This document shows, piece by piece, positions 20,510 through 32,485 of a stretch of DNA of 64,000 nucleotides; within the stretch, counting starts at the first letter, position 1; each line of letters opens with the position of its first letter. Location of the stretch: contig CBFIDK010000008.1 in the NCBI GenBank assembly GCA_965661345.1, positions 8,230 through 72,229 on the forward strand, read 5' to 3'. The translations under genes and the position numbers were made by a program. The stretch is from Flavobacteriales bacterium. GTDB lineage: Bacteria; Bacteroidota; Bacteroidia; Flavobacteriales; UBA7312. Below the pieces are notes generated by a model. The model was not told where the DNA came from, did not search any database, and was given only the letters and a program-made list of their open reading frames with translations.

Positions 20510-21708
20510 TAAAGCGTTCTACCTGGGTAAACTTCAAGTGCTTTTTCTAGGCATTCAATAGCTTGAGTAATTGCTTCTTGATTTAGTACATATGCAATCC
20601 TTACTTGATTGGTTCCAGTATTAGGAGTAGAATAAAATCCTGCTGCAGGTGCAACCATTAAAGTCTTTCCTTCATAATCAAATTCTTCCAATAGCCATTG
20701 AGCGAATTTATCGGCATTATCAACCGGCAATTGAGCAATGCAATAAAAAGCACCTTTTGGCTTTGGACATACGACACCTTCTATTTTGTTTAATCCTTCA
20801 ATCAGTAAATCTCTTCGGGCAACGTATTCTTTACTGACTTCATCAAAATAGGATTTGGGTGTGCTTAAAGCGGCTTCACCAGCCACTTGTCCAAAAGTAG
20901 GTGGAGACAATCGCGCTTGAGCAAATTTTAAGGCAGTTGCCATCACCTCTTTATTTTTTGAAATAATACAACCAACTCTAATGCCACACATGCTGTATCG
21001 TTTAGAAGTAGAATCAATCACAACAGCATGTTCTTCTAAACCTTCGATATTGAGTACAGAATGGTGTTCATTTCCGTCATAGCAAAATTCTCTGTACACT
21101 TCATCAGCAAAAAGGAACAAGTCATGCTTAACAACGATGTCTCTGAGAGTTTCTAACTCTTCTTTAGAGTATAAATATCCTGTTGGATTACCAGGATTAC
21201 AAATTAGAATGCCCTTAGTTTTTGGTGTGATCAGTTTTTCAAACTCTTCAATTGCGGGTAGTGCGAATCCATCATTAATAGATGTTGTAATCGGTTTAAC
21301 TTGTACGCCAGCTGAAATGGAGAAGCCATTATAGTTGGCATAAAACGGTTCAGGAATAATGATTTCATCGCCATTATCTAAGCAAGAGTTAAGCGCAAAT
21401 AAAAGTGCTTCTGAGCCACCAGTTGTCACCATGACATGAGAATGATCAACCGTTATTCCAATGTTTTGGTAATAGTTAGCCAAACCTTTTCGATAGCTTT
21501 CAAAACCGGCCGAGTGACTGTACTCTACCACTTTTTCATCAAAATTATGAATAGCATCTAAGGCCACTTCTGGCGATTTGATATCTGGTTGTCCAATATT
21601 AAGGTGAAAAACTGTTTTCCCTTTTAGTTTAGCTCCTTCAGCAAAAGGAACTAACTTACGTATTGGTGATTCGGGCATTTTTATTCCCTTAGTTGAAATG
21701 TTCGGCAT
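20509..21708 (-). CDS. Class I/II PLP-dependent aminotransferase (aspartate/aromatic-type)
   Basis: 399 aa containing NPGNPTG, DEVYREF and STSKRYSMCGIRVG (PLP lysine). Confidence 0.85.
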   Translation of the reverse strand: MPNISTKGIKMPESPIRKLVPFAEGAKLKGKTVFHLNIGQPDIKSPEVALDAIHNFDEKVVEYSHSAGFESYRKGLANYYQNIGITVDHSHVMVTTGGSEALLFALNSCLDNGDEIIIPEPFYANYNGFSISAGVQVKPITTSINDGFALPAIEEFEKLITPKTKGILICNPGNPTGYLYSKEELETLRDIVVKHDLFLFADEVYREFCYDGNEHHSVLNIEGLEEHAVVIDSTSKRYSMCGIRVGCIISKNKEVMATALKFAQARLSPPTFGQVAGEAALSTPKSYFDEVSKEYVARRDLLIEGLNKIEGVVCPKPKGAFYCIAQLPVDNADKFAQWLLEEFDYEGKTLMVAPAAGFYSTPNTGTNQVRIAYVLNQEAITQAIECLEKALEVYPGRTL

Positions 21709-21721
21709 CGCTTAAATTGAT

Positions 21722-21757
21722 AAAAAAATCCCCGATATTTAAAAATAAAGGGGATTT
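21722..21757 (-). terminator. Probable rho-independent terminator of the DUF1573 gene
   Basis: AAATCCCC (21726-21733) pairs with GGGGATTT (21750-21757) around a 16-nt loop. On the minus strand the stem runs into a T-run (plus-strand A7, 21722-21728). Confidence 0.55.
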
Positions 21758-21788
21758 AATAAAAACTATAGTAATCTTAAAACTTAAA

Positions 21789-22247
21789 TTAATTAACTTC
21801 TAAAACTGACGCTTTAGGTTTTGCTGGTGCTACTGGAACTTGTGCTGGTTTTTTAACCTCTCCTTTAACAGTCAAAACTTTAGTTTTTTCATCAGTATTT
21901 GTAGTTAATGTAATTGTCTTTGTAAATTTTCCAACCCTATTAGTAGCATACTTTACACCAATTGATGCTGATTCTCCTGGTGCAATAGGTGCTTTTGGCC
22001 ATGTTGGAACAGTACATCCACAACTTCCTTTAGCATTGGAAATAATTAGAGGTGCACTACCTGTATTGGTAAGAACAAATTCTCTTTTACCATCAGCGTT
22101 ATGCTCGATAAGACCATAATCAATTACAGTAGATTCGAATTCCATTTTTGGGCCTGCTTTTTCATCTAAGACGGTAGAAGGTGAACTCTGTGCTTGAAGA
22201 GTCACTGTTGCTCCAATTAATGCAATAGCTAGAAATATTTTTTTCAT
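21789..22247 (-). CDS. DUF1573 domain protein (secreted)
   Basis: Signal peptide present. Contains GSCGCTVPTWPKAPIAPGESASI, the hallmark of DUF1573. Confidence 0.8.
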   Translation of the reverse strand: MKKIFLAIALIGATVTLQAQSSPSTVLDEKAGPKMEFESTVIDYGLIEHNADGKREFVLTNTGSAPLIISNAKGSCGCTVPTWPKAPIAPGESASIGVKYATNRVGKFTKTITLTTNTDEKTKVLTVKGEVKKPAQVPVAPAKPKASVLEVN

Positions 22248-22349
22248 TTTTCGTGTTTTTTTGGTTCTTGTAAGTTTACAACAACAAATGTACTAAATTA
22301 TTGTATTGTATTAATCTAAAATTCATCCCCAAATTTTGGTGTAAAGTAT

Positions 22350-22357
22350 TATTTTTG
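22350..22357 (+). promoter_or_regulatory. Candidate -7 box TAttTTTG upstream of valS
   Basis: Exact TAnnTTTG ending 19 nt before ATG 22377. Confidence 0.45.
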
Positions 22358-22376
22358 GAGCTTATTAAAAATTAAA

Positions 22377-24986
22377 ATGAGTATATCCAAAACATATAAT
22401 CCCGCTAGTGCTGAAGAGAAATGGTATGCCCATTGGTTATCTAAAGGTTATTTTAATTCTAAACCCGATGACAGAGAGGCTTATACAATTGTAATACCAC
22501 CACCAAACGTCACGGGTGTTTTGCACATGGGACATATGTTAAACAACACATTGCAGGATGTACTCATTCGAAAAGCTAGAATGCAAGGTTTTAATGCGTG
22601 TTGGGTACCTGGCACAGATCACGCTTCAATTGCTACTGAAGCAAAGGTTGTTCAAAAATTAGCTAAAGAAGGTATTGATAAATCCGATTTAAGTCGTGAA
22701 GAATTTCTAGAACACGCATGGCAATGGAAAGAAAAGCATGGCGGTATCATTTTAGAACAACTTAAGAAGTTGGGCGCTTCTTGCGATTGGAACCGTACTA
22801 AGTTTACCATGGATAGCGATATGAGCGAATCCGTAATTAAAGTATTTGTTGATTTACATCAAAAAGGACTAATTTACAGAGGGGTTCGTATGGTAAATTG
22901 GGATCCCAGTGCACAGACGGCACTTTCAGATGAAGAGGTTATTCATAAGGAGGTAAATTCAAAATTATACCACATTAGGTATCAGATTGAAGGCAGTGAC
23001 GAATATTTGACTGTGGCAACTACTCGACCCGAAACTATCCTTGGTGATTCCGCAATTTGTGTCAATCCAAAGGATGATAGATATACTCATTTAAAAGGTA
23101 AAAAGGCCATTGTGCCCTTAATAAACCGTTCCATTCCAATTATTTTCGATGAATATGTTGATATGGAATTTGGAACAGGTGCTTTGAAAGTAACACCTGC
23201 CCATGACATCAATGACTATCAACTCGGGGATAAGCACGGTTTGGAGGTTATCGATATTTTAAACGATGATGGAACGCTGAATGATTCTGCCCAGCTCTAT
23301 GTTGGAAAGGATAGGTTCGATGTGCGAAAAGAAATTGCAAAAGATTTAGAGGAAAAAACTTTTTTAGTAAAGACTGAAGATTTAATCAATAAAGTTGGAT
23401 TTTCAGAAAGAACAGACGCAGTTATTGAGCCAAAACTATCAATGCAATGGTTTTTTAAGATGGAAGAATTTTCTAAACCTGCTTTAGAAAATGTAATGAA
23501 CGATACCATTAAATTTCACCCTGAAAAATTTAAAAATACTTACCGTCATTGGATGGAAAACATAAAAGATTGGTGTGTTTCCAGACAGTTGTGGTGGGGG
23601 CAACAAATACCTGCATACTTTTATGAAGGCAATAATTATGTGGTAGCTGAAACTAAAGAATTGGCTTTGAAGGAAGCTCAAAAAATAAACCCTAACATTA
23701 CCCTTGCAGACCTTAGACAAGATGAAGATGTACTAGATACGTGGTTCTCTTCGTGGTTGTGGCCTTTCTCTGTTTTTGATGGTATCCGAAATCCTGATAA
23801 TGAAGAGGTTAATTATTATTACCCTACCAATGTTTTAGTTACAGCTCCCGAAATTTTGTTTTTTTGGGTAGCAAGAATGATAATGGCCGGATATGAATAT
23901 AAGGGCAATCTTCCTTTTAAAAATGTTTATCTAACAGGAATAGTACGAGATAAATTAGGGCGAAAGATGTCCAAATCATTAGGTAATTCCCCTGACCCAA
24001 TAGATTTAATGAATAAGCATGGTGCAGATGGTGTGAGGGTAGGGATGCTATTATCTTCTCCTGCAGGAAACGATTTGCCATTTGATGAATCTTTATGTGA
24101 GCAAGGGAGAAACTTCTCTAACAAAATATGGAACGCTACTCGATTGATTAAAGGCTGGGAAGTTGCTGAATTAGATCAACCAGAATCTTCAAAAATCGCT
24201 ATCGAGTGGTTTGAAAATAAATTTCAACAAACTCTCGATTCAATAAATCAGGCTTTTGAAAAATACAGAATTTCTGAAGCGTTGATGTTAACCTACCGAT
24301 TGGTATGGGATGATTTTTGTTCTTGGTATCTAGAATCCATAAAGCCTGATTATCAAAAGCCTATTGATTCAAAAACCTTAGCTGCAACTACTCAGTTTTT
24401 GGATGATTTATTAAAATTACTTCATCCGTTTATGCCATTTTTGACTGAGGAAATTTGGCATATTGTAGCAGATAGGGAAGAAGATATTATTGTTTCTTCA
24501 TGGCCAAAATCCAATTCGATTAATCATTCAATTATTACGGATTTTGAATACGCTACAGAAATTGTGTCAGCTATCAGAACTATACGTAAAGAGAAACAAA
24601 TTCCAAATAAAGATTCTCTGAAGTTGTTTGTTAAGGTAAATGAGCAAACAACTACTTTGATGGATTCTTTGGTGTGTAGATTGGTTAATCTTTCTGAATT
24701 TAGCTACAGCGAGGAAACGATTGAAGGCGCTTTTTCTTTCAGAGTAAAATCAAACGAGTTTTTTGTTCCCTTATCAGATAATATTGATGTTGACGTTGAG
24801 CTTGAGAAGTTACGCTCAGAGTTGGATTACACACATGGATTTTTAAAGTCTGTTGAAGGTAAACTTTCTAACGAAAGATTTGTAAATAACGCTCCTGAGC
24901 AGGTGGTAGCTATTGAAAGAAAAAAGCAATCTGACGCATTAGCGAAGATTGCTGTATTAGAAGATCAAATTAAATCCTTGTCTTAA
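22377..24986 (+). CDS. valS: Valine--tRNA ligase
   Basis: 869 aa with the HMGH (HIGH-type) motif, KMSKS, and a C-terminal coiled coil. Confidence 0.98.
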   Translation: MSISKTYNPASAEEKWYAHWLSKGYFNSKPDDREAYTIVIPPPNVTGVLHMGHMLNNTLQDVLIRKARMQGFNACWVPGTDHASIATEAKVVQKLAKEGIDKSDLSREEFLEHAWQWKEKHGGIILEQLKKLGASCDWNRTKFTMDSDMSESVIKVFVDLHQKGLIYRGVRMVNWDPSAQTALSDEEVIHKEVNSKLYHIRYQIEGSDEYLTVATTRPETILGDSAICVNPKDDRYTHLKGKKAIVPLINRSIPIIFDEYVDMEFGTGALKVTPAHDINDYQLGDKHGLEVIDILNDDGTLNDSAQLYVGKDRFDVRKEIAKDLEEKTFLVKTEDLINKVGFSERTDAVIEPKLSMQWFFKMEEFSKPALENVMNDTIKFHPEKFKNTYRHWMENIKDWCVSRQLWWGQQIPAYFYEGNNYVVAETKELALKEAQKINPNITLADLRQDEDVLDTWFSSWLWPFSVFDGIRNPDNEEVNYYYPTNVLVTAPEILFFWVARMIMAGYEYKGNLPFKNVYLTGIVRDKLGRKMSKSLGNSPDPIDLMNKHGADGVRVGMLLSSPAGNDLPFDESLCEQGRNFSNKIWNATRLIKGWEVAELDQPESSKIAIEWFENKFQQTLDSINQAFEKYRISEALMLTYRLVWDDFCSWYLESIKPDYQKPIDSKTLAATTQFLDDLLKLLHPFMPFLTEEIWHIVADREEDIIVSSWPKSNSINHSIITDFEYATEIVSAIRTIRKEKQIPNKDSLKLFVKVNEQTTTLMDSLVCRLVNLSEFSYSEETIEGAFSFRVKSNEFFVPLSDNIDVDVELEKLRSELDYTHGFLKSVEGKLSNERFVNNAPEQVVAIERKKQSDALAKIAVLEDQIKSLS

Positions 24987-27709
24987 TTAAGAATTAGTTT
25001 TTGACTTTCCGTTTTCTTTTCTCCAATTAGATTTATGAAGTAAACTCCTCGTTGCCAATTTGAAGTCTCTAGCTTCTTGGAATTAGAGTTAACAGATTCT
25101 TCAAAGATTACTTTTCCATTAATATCAGTAATTTGAATGCTGTTCCATTCATCGCTAGTGCTCCATTCTAAATTCACTACATCTTTTGAAGGGTTTGGAT
25201 AAACTGATAATAGTTGCTTAGTATTTTCGCTAACGCTCACTAAATCAGGAAATACGTCATAAATAGAGGTGATGAAAGTTGAGTAGACACCAGTTCCATG
25301 AGTGCCTACTACCAGTTTACCATCGCTATCTCTGAATTTAATGTGTTCAACGACAACATTTCCTATTGTACTTGTTCCTATTTGTCTCCATTCTGTGTCT
25401 AATCCCTCTAGCCTGTCTGTGCCGTATAGTCCAGTGCTTCCGCCGACAAGATACAAGGTATCGCTACCAAGAACAGCAATTTCAGCAGTTCGCATTGAAG
25501 GACCATTTCCACCTCCTGAAAAAGAATCTTCAAGATTTCCGCCAACTTTTTTCCAGTTTTGACCACCATTATCAGTAAAAAGGAAACTGTACGTAGAATA
25601 GTTTGAAATAAGTACCAATACACGTTCTGCATTAGTAGGGTCAATCTCTACTGCGGAAACATTTTTATTGCCAAAACCAATTGGTAGATAATTCAATAGA
25701 GTTACTTCGGGATCTCCTTCGTGGGCATTATCAATTCTATAAATATAATTATCACTTGTCCCAAGATATACTGTATTTGGTGGGTTTGTAGATACATCAA
25801 TACACGAAATAGTTCTGTTTGTGGTATCAGAGAAAACGTCCCAACCTATATTTGTTCTGACTTGTGAGTTATTGTAAGGGTAATTGCTTGCATCATTGTT
25901 TCTCCAGAGATGATAGCCGTTATTCATGTAAATAATATCATCGTTATTTGGATCCATAGCCAAATAGTTAATGAAGTCAAACATGACTGTATCGGCACCA
26001 AGCGGGTCCATTCTGTTATAGGCCAAAACTTCACCTTGCTCATTTAACTTCATTTTGAATAAAACTCCCCTTTGAATTTGCAAGTAAAAATCTTCTTCAT
26101 TATCCGCTACTGCATTGTAGCAGCCATCACCATTAAATGGCATTACCCAGTCATCGGTTTCGTCGTCACTTACTGTCATGAAGTTTCCATTGTCTTGAAA
26201 TCCACCAATAATAAGGTCACTGTTTCCTTTGCCCATTGTTACAGCGTAAAGTTGTGTTGTTTGATAGCCATTATTAAGTCGATTCCATAAGTGGGGTGTA
26301 GCTAAACAGTTGGCTGATTTATAGACTCCTCCATCATTTGCACTTAGTATTGTATTTGGGTCGGAGGGTAAAAACAATAACTCATGCTGGTCAGGGTGAT
26401 GTCTGTCATAAATATCCCAATTATCGTATCCATGATCTGATCCCTCATAATAACCGCCGATTTGAGCGGTATTTGTGTCAGAGGTAAAGCCGTCAGTTGA
26501 ACGCCATAAATTAGTGCCGCCAATGAAAACAACATTTGGCTCATCTGGTTTTACTTTTACTAATAAATCATAACCGCCTTGAGCATTGAAGTTATCAAAG
26601 GTTGTTGGTCTATTTGCTGGAATATTTTCTGAAAGATTAACCCAAGTGCCACAACTATCTGTTCCATCTCCACATAGGTAAGTGTACTTCCATAAAGAAG
26701 TCCACGTTTGACCATTAAAAAATGTGTTTGTAAACTGACCAGAATTTGTAGTTTCAGCAGTTAAGAAATAGACTTCATTTTCATTAGAAGGGTTAATGCC
26801 AATTGCACTTCTTCCGTAAGTATTGCCAAAGCTATCGGGCATTATGTTTGCCCATTCCATACCGTCGGCTGATCGCCAGAACCCTTTGCCTGCACCATCT
26901 GAACTAAGTGTAGCATATACGACACCTGTCGAGGTAATTTCTACATTATTATAGTAAGCTTCTCCGCCACCAATTTCCTCATTCCAAGACTCTCCACCAT
27001 CTGTTGAGCGGTAGATACCTCCGTATGTAGCTAGATACATTTCATCTTCTTCAAGGTTGGTAGGGTCTAAGACAATATTCCATGCAAAATCAAAAACATT
27101 AAAACTTCCAGCCGGACTGTTGTCTGCTGTGGAACTAATAGAGTCCCATGTCAGGCCGTTGTCAATGGATTTGTATATGCCATTTCCATCGAAATAAGCA
27201 CCGCTTCCACTAGCTGAGTTTCCTGATAATTCACCCGTTCCGTAGTACCAAATATTTTCTTTCCCTTCTCTTGTGTCTTGGGCTAAGCAGGTAACGTTAT
27301 GTAGCTGAAAAGGTTTAGTCATTTTACTCCAACTTTCTCCTAAGTTTGTTGAACGCCAAATGCCACCAGAAACGCCACCAGCAATTAATATATTTTCATC
27401 AGTTACGTCATAGGCAAGAGCTCTAGTTCTACCACCGACATTATAGGGTCCTTCGGCAGTCCAAACCAGATTGGAATTGTTTAAATCATTAGGTAATGAT
27501 TGGGCAAATTGCAATTCTTTTCTTCTTATGCTTTGCGGAATATTACCGTTAGCATCTACCAAACGTTTTGCATCCCATTTCTTTCTTGAATATGGAGATT
27601 CAGAAGGCACTTTATAGATAGCGTTAAAATCAATAGGTTGCTCAGGAATTAGCATATAAAAGGCTATTCCACATAGAATAAAGACCGAAAGAATTTTTAT
27701 TAGTTTCAT
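24983..27709 (-). CDS. Large secreted BNR/Asp-box (sortilin/VPS10-like beta-propeller) protein with T9SS C-terminal sorting domain
   Basis: Repeated Asp-box motifs ([55 protein letters not shown]). The C-terminus [15 protein letters not shown]...[21 protein letters not shown] is a T9SS CTD. Confidence 0.8.
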   Translation of the reverse strand: MKLIKILSVFILCGIAFYMLIPEQPIDFNAIYKVPSESPYSRKKWDAKRLVDANGNIPQSIRRKELQFAQSLPNDLNNSNLVWTAEGPYNVGGRTRALAYDVTDENILIAGGVSGGIWRSTNLGESWSKMTKPFQLHNVTCLAQDTREGKENIWYYGTGELSGNSASGSGAYFDGNGIYKSIDNGLTWDSISSTADNSPAGSFNVFDFAWNIVLDPTNLEEDEMYLATYGGIYRSTDGGESWNEEIGGGEAYYNNVEITSTGVVYATLSSDGAGKGFWRSADGMEWANIMPDSFGNTYGRSAIGINPSNENEVYFLTAETTNSGQFTNTFFNGQTWTSLWKYTYLCGDGTDSCGTWVNLSENIPANRPTTFDNFNAQGGYDLLVKVKPDEPNVVFIGGTNLWRSTDGFTSDTNTAQIGGYYEGSDHGYDNWDIYDRHHPDQHELLFLPSDPNTILSANDGGVYKSANCLATPHLWNRLNNGYQTTQLYAVTMGKGNSDLIIGGFQDNGNFMTVSDDETDDWVMPFNGDGCYNAVADNEEDFYLQIQRGVLFKMKLNEQGEVLAYNRMDPLGADTVMFDFINYLAMDPNNDDIIYMNNGYHLWRNNDASNYPYNNSQVRTNIGWDVFSDTTNRTISCIDVSTNPPNTVYLGTSDNYIYRIDNAHEGDPEVTLLNYLPIGFGNKNVSAVEIDPTNAERVLVLISNYSTYSFLFTDNGGQNWKKVGGNLEDSFSGGGNGPSMRTAEIAVLGSDTLYLVGGSTGLYGTDRLEGLDTEWRQIGTSTIGNVVVEHIKFRDSDGKLVVGTHGTGVYSTFITSIYDVFPDLVSVSENTKQLLSVYPNPSKDVVNLEWSTSDEWNSIQITDINGKVIFEESVNSNSKKLETSNWQRGVYFINLIGEKKTESQKLILN

Positions 27710-27720
27710 TTAATTTTTTG

Positions 27721-29061
27721 TTATGGTTGTATGTCTTCAATGAATTTTTCAGCTTTTTTAACACAATCGCTGACAGAAATTCCATTGAAATAGTTCCCTA
27801 AAATATGAAAGTTAGGCGAATTGGCTTCAAATTTTTCTATTTCAAGCATAAGTCGATCAAGTTCGAGGCCATATTGTGGTATTCCTTTTTTATATGACGT
27901 ATGATTTTTAAATATTGGAGGTTTCTGGCATTGCATTAGTTCAGAAATCTCATCAAGAATAATTTTTTCGACTTTGTCTGTTCCCATTGCACAAAGTTCT
28001 GGTTGTCTACTGCCGCCAACAATAACTGTAAACAACTCTTTATCTTTTGGAGAAACATGAGGAAATATTCTAGTATTAAAAAGTATTCCTAAAAAGTTTT
28101 TTTTATCAGGGGGTTTGCTCAGTACCCCAAAACCTTGGGCTTGATTTTTGACTTCTTTTTTTTCAAATCCAAAATGAAAAACATCTACAGGAACGTATTC
28201 AACTGCTTCTAGTTGGGCAGTTAAGTCAATATTATCTACGATGTTAGAAAGTGCATGTGCGGGTATGGTAGAGATGATTCTCTGACATTCTATGGTATTG
28301 TTGTTAGAGTCTGTAATTTGATATCCGCCATCTACTTTAACAATATTTTTAATCTCAGTATTGTAGTGAACCTTATCGCCTAGAAGTTGAGTCATTTTAT
28401 CAACAAGTTCAGAAAGTCCATTTGGGAAATTAAACATTTGTGCTTTCGAAGTCTTAGACTTTTTTTGTTTCAGCAAACCTTTTATTACACTGCCATGTTT
28501 TTGTTCTGCTTCCCAAATCATTTTAAGTGTATGTTTAGCACTCATCTTTTCAGCATTTCCAGAATATATACCTGTTATAAAGGGTTCAACAAATTGGGTT
28601 AAAATGGCATTACCAAACCGTCGACTAATGAAGTTGGCTAGGGGCACGTCATTCTGATGAGGTTTAATAAAAGGTTCTTTAAATAGCCTCAATTTTTCAT
28701 GCCATTTTAATAGAGGCGTTTTTATGAATTCAATGGGATTTCTAGGAAGTAACTGCAGTTTGTTTTGGTAAAGTACGTATCGGTTACTTTCAGCTGTTTT
28801 TTGAGGAGTAGACATTTTATCCCATAAACCACAGTCTTTAATTAGAGATTTTATAGAATCATTATTTAGTAAAACTGTATTTGGTCCATTTTCAACAACA
28901 AAACCATCAATAACCTTAGATTGGATATTTCCACCAGTTTTTTCACTCTTTTCAAGAACAATAAAATCATTAGATTTCTTTGATAGAAAGTGTGCTATAC
29001 TGAGGCCTGAAATACCACATCCTAGAACAACGGTATGTTTTTTTGAAGAAGCGATATGCAA
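27721..29061 (-). CDS. hemY: Protoporphyrinogen/coproporphyrinogen oxidase (FAD-dependent, HemY-type)
   Basis: The N-terminal dinucleotide fold VVLGCGISGLS and a length of 446 aa are PPOX-like. The start is TTG at 29061 (no ATG is available). Confidence 0.75.
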   Translation of the reverse strand: MHIASSKKHTVVLGCGISGLSIAHFLSKKSNDFIVLEKSEKTGGNIQSKVIDGFVVENGPNTVLLNNDSIKSLIKDCGLWDKMSTPQKTAESNRYVLYQNKLQLLPRNPIEFIKTPLLKWHEKLRLFKEPFIKPHQNDVPLANFISRRFGNAILTQFVEPFITGIYSGNAEKMSAKHTLKMIWEAEQKHGSVIKGLLKQKKSKTSKAQMFNFPNGLSELVDKMTQLLGDKVHYNTEIKNIVKVDGGYQITDSNNNTIECQRIISTIPAHALSNIVDNIDLTAQLEAVEYVPVDVFHFGFEKKEVKNQAQGFGVLSKPPDKKNFLGILFNTRIFPHVSPKDKELFTVIVGGSRQPELCAMGTDKVEKIILDEISELMQCQKPPIFKNHTSYKKGIPQYGLELDRLMLEIEKFEANSPNFHILGNYFNGISVSDCVKKAEKFIEDIQP

Positions 29062-29088
29062 ATTTAGCCAAAATAAGCGCTTAAAATA

Positions 29089-29096
29089 TATATTTG
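29089..29096 (+). promoter_or_regulatory. Candidate -7 box TAtaTTTG upstream of icmF
   Basis: Exact TAnnTTTG ending 20 nt before ATG 29117. Confidence 0.45.
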
Positions 29097-29116
29097 CATT
29101 CCCAAGTTAATTGAAA

Positions 29117-32100
29117 ATGCAAGAACCAAAACCATACCAGCCTAAAAATAAAGTAAGAATAGTTACTGCAGCCAGTCTGTTTGATGGCCACGATGCAGCC
29201 ATTAATATAATGCGAAGAATTATACAAGCTACAGGCTGTGAAGTTATTCATCTGGGTCACGACCGTTCAGTTGAAGAGGTTGTAAACTGTGCTATTGAAG
29301 AAGATGCGAATGCTATTGCAATGACTTCATACCAAGGTGGACATACAGAGTATTTGAAATACATGTATGATTTATTACAAGAAAAAGGAGCCAGTCAAAT
29401 TCGAATATTTGCTGGTGGTGGCGGAACAATACTTCCAGAAGAAATTAAGGAATTGCATGATTATGGTATAAGTAGAATTTACCATCCAGATGATGGAAGA
29501 GCAATGGGGCTTCAAGGCATGATAAATGATTTGGTTGAAAAATCGGATTTCCCAACAGGCAAAGACATTGGCAATTGCGCTAAAGATTTGTCAAATGTTC
29601 AAAACATTGCACGTTTGATTTCAGCGGCTGAAAATTTTCCCGATGAGGCAAAAAAGGAGTTAAGCGAAATTGCAGAATTGGCAAAACAATCCAAAATACC
29701 TGTATTAGGAATTACAGGAACTGGTGGTGCGGGAAAATCATCTTTGGTAGATGAATTGGTAAGGCGATTTTTAATTGATTTTTCTGAAAAACGAATAGCT
29801 ATTATTTCTGTTGATCCTTCTAAACGTAAAACAGGAGGAGCATTGTTGGGCGATAGAATTCGTATGAATTCCATTAAGAATGAGCGAGTTTACATGCGTT
29901 CATTGGCAACCCGTCAAGCTAATTTGGCATTATCGGCACATGTCAATAAAGCCTTAGACATTTTAAAAGTGTCAAATTTCGACTTAATAATTCTTGAAAC
30001 TTCAGGAATTGGTCAGTCTGACACAGAAATTCTAGAGCATTCAGATGCATCCATGTATGTAATGACTCCTGAATATGGTGCAGCAACTCAGCTTGAAAAA
30101 ATAGATATGCTTGATTTTGCTGATTTGATTGCTATAAATAAGTTTGATAAACGCGGCTCTTTGGATGCACTGCGAGATGTAAAAAAACAATATCAGCGCA
30201 ACCATAAACTTTTTGAAGAAGATGTAGAGTCTATGCCAGTTTATGGAACTATCGCTTCACAATTCAATGACCCAGGTGCCAACACACTGTACAAAGCATT
30301 AATAAGTAAAATTGTCGAAAAAACTGGCGCTCCTTTGGATTCTAAATTTGAGATAAGTAGAGAAATGTCTGAAAAGATATTTGTCATTCCTCCCAAAAGA
30401 AGTCGTTACCTTTCTGAAATTGCTGATGCCAACAGAAACTACAATGAATGGGTGATTCAACAAAAAGAAGTAGCCCAAGAACTTTATGCCTTACAGAAGT
30501 CCATTGATTCTATTCAAAATACAAATGTTGCTGATAAAGACCGATTGATAAAGCAACTTCAAGAGGTTTATGAAAACAAAAAGCTTGACATTGACCCTAA
30601 AAACATGCTTCTCTTAGAAGGGTGGGAAGAAGAAAAAAGAGAATACCAAAACGAATTCTACACATTCAAAGTTAGAAACAAAGAGTTAAAAATTAAGACC
30701 CATTCGGAATCTTTGTCGGGTTCGCTGATTCCCAAAATTTCGGTGCCTAAATATTCTGGATGGGGTGATATTTTACAATGGCAACTCCAAGAAAATTTAC
30801 CCGGTAAATTCCCATATACATCAGGTATTTTTCCTTTTAAAAGGGAAGGCGAAGACCCCACTCGAATGTTTGCTGGAGAAGGTGGTCCAGAACGGACAAA
30901 CAAGCGTTTTCATTATGTAAGTTTAGGAATGCCAGCAAAACGTTTGTCAACTGCATTTGATTCGGTAACACTTTACGGTAATGACCCAGATCATAGACCA
31001 GATATCTATGGCAAGATTGGAAATGCTGGAGTTTCTATTTGCTGTTTAGACGATGCCAAAAAATTATATTCTGGCTTTGATTTATGCAATTCTTCCACTT
31101 CCGTTTCTATGACTATTAACGGGCCTGCTCCAATGTTATTGGCATTTTTTATGAATGCTGCTATCGATCAACAATGTGAGATTTATATCAAAGAAAATGG
31201 ACTAGAAAAAGAGGTCCAAAAGAAAATAGACGCTTTATACAAAGGAAAGCAACGTCCTCAATACCAAGGCGATTTACCAGAGGGTAATGATGGTTTAGGT
31301 TTGATGTTACTCGGCGTAACGGGCGATCAAGTTTTGCCAAAAGACGTCTATGAAATAATTAAGAAAAACACTTTGAATGTTGTCAGAGGAACTGTCCAAG
31401 CTGATATATTAAAAGAAGACCAAGCCCAAAATACATGTATTTTCTCAACTGAGTTTGCACTCCGAATGATGGGTGATGTGCAACAGTATTTTATTGAAAA
31501 AGAAATAAGAAATTTCTATTCTGTTTCAATTTCTGGATACCACATAGCTGAGGCGGGTGCAAACCCTATTTCACAATTAGCATTTACATTGGCTAATGGG
31601 TTTACTTATGTTGAGTACTATTTGAGCAGGGGAATGGATATTAATAAGTTTGGACCTAATTTATCCTTTTTCTTTTCTAATGGAATTGATCCAGAATATG
31701 CAGTAATTGGTAGGGTTGCCAGAAAAATTTGGGCAAAAGCTATGAAGCAACGGTATGGCGCAAACGAGCGTTCTCAAATGCTTAAATACCATATTCAAAC
31801 TTCTGGACGTTCGTTACACGCTCAGGAGATAGATTTTAACGATATCAGAACGACTTTGCAGGCCTTGTATGCTATTTATGACAATTGCAATTCACTACAT
31901 ACCAATGCCTACGACGAAGCCATTACAACGCCTACTGAAGATTCTGTTCGTAGAGCAATGGCTATTCAACTTATAATAAATAAGGAACTTGGCTTAGCTA
32001 AAAATGAAAATCCGCTACAAGGCTCATTTATTATAGAAGAGTTGACAGATTTAGTGGAAGAAGCAGTATTAGTAGAATTCGACAGAATAACCGAAAGAGG

Positions 32101-32485
32101 TGGAGTTTTAGGAGCAATGGAAACCATGTACCAACGTTCAAAGATTCAAGAAGAGTCTATGCACTATGAAATGTTAAAACATACGGGTGAGTTCCCAATT
32201 ATTGGCGTAAATACATTTTTAAATTCAAAAGGTTCACCGACAATAATTCCATCTGAAGTTATACGTGCCACAAAGGAGGAAAAAGAGTATCAGATAGAAA
32301 TGTTACTAAATCTAATAGAGAATAACACTCATGCTTCGAAACAAAAAATTGAGGAATTACAACAATCCGCTATTCAAAATCAGAATATTTTTGAGGTAAT
32401 GATGGAAGCTGCTAAAATATGCTCGCTTGGTCAGATTACCAATTCTCTTTTTGAAGTAGGGGGACAGTATCGAAGAAATATGTAG
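29117..32485 (+). CDS. icmF: Fused isobutyryl-CoA mutase (B12-binding domain + MeaB-like G-protein + mutase substrate-binding domain)
   Basis: N-terminal B12 motif [10 protein letters not shown]-domain with [22 protein letters not shown] and NKFDK. Large C-terminal acyl-CoA mutase barrel. ATG 29117 is preferred over TTG 29111. Confidence 0.9.
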   Translation: MQEPKPYQPKNKVRIVTAASLFDGHDAAINIMRRIIQATGCEVIHLGHDRSVEEVVNCAIEEDANAIAMTSYQGGHTEYLKYMYDLLQEKGASQIRIFAGGGGTILPEEIKELHDYGISRIYHPDDGRAMGLQGMINDLVEKSDFPTGKDIGNCAKDLSNVQNIARLISAAENFPDEAKKELSEIAELAKQSKIPVLGITGTGGAGKSSLVDELVRRFLIDFSEKRIAIISVDPSKRKTGGALLGDRIRMNSIKNERVYMRSLATRQANLALSAHVNKALDILKVSNFDLIILETSGIGQSDTEILEHSDASMYVMTPEYGAATQLEKIDMLDFADLIAINKFDKRGSLDALRDVKKQYQRNHKLFEEDVESMPVYGTIASQFNDPGANTLYKALISKIVEKTGAPLDSKFEISREMSEKIFVIPPKRSRYLSEIADANRNYNEWVIQQKEVAQELYALQKSIDSIQNTNVADKDRLIKQLQEVYENKKLDIDPKNMLLLEGWEEEKREYQNEFYTFKVRNKELKIKTHSESLSGSLIPKISVPKYSGWGDILQWQLQENLPGKFPYTSGIFPFKREGEDPTRMFAGEGGPERTNKRFHYVSLGMPAKRLSTAFDSVTLYGNDPDHRPDIYGKIGNAGVSICCLDDAKKLYSGFDLCNSSTSVSMTINGPAPMLLAFFMNAAIDQQCEIYIKENGLEKEVQKKIDALYKGKQRPQYQGDLPEGNDGLGLMLLGVTGDQVLPKDVYEIIKKNTLNVVRGTVQADILKEDQAQNTCIFSTEFALRMMGDVQQYFIEKEIRNFYSVSISGYHIAEAGANPISQLAFTLANGFTYVEYYLSRGMDINKFGPNLSFFFSNGIDPEYAVIGRVARKIWAKAMKQRYGANERSQMLKYHIQTSGRSLHAQEIDFNDIRTTLQALYAIYDNCNSLHTNAYDEAITTPTEDSVRRAMAIQLIINKELGLAKNENPLQGSFIIEELTDLVEEAVLVEFDRITERGGVLGAMETMYQRSKIQEESMHYEMLKHTGEFPIIGVNTFLNSKGSPTIIPSEVIRATKEEKEYQIEMLLNLIENNTHASKQKIEELQQSAIQNQNIFEVMMEAAKICSLGQITNSLFEVGGQYRRNM

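Noticed and set aside
22248-22376. Possible riboswitch or leader elements upstream of valS, icmF (29062-29116), purE (53519-53622) and purL (59513-59603).
   Set aside because: These spacers are only 50-130 nt. Most of each is taken up by a promoter box 20-40 nt from the start codon, and I saw no conserved riboswitch cores (B12, purine, T-box).
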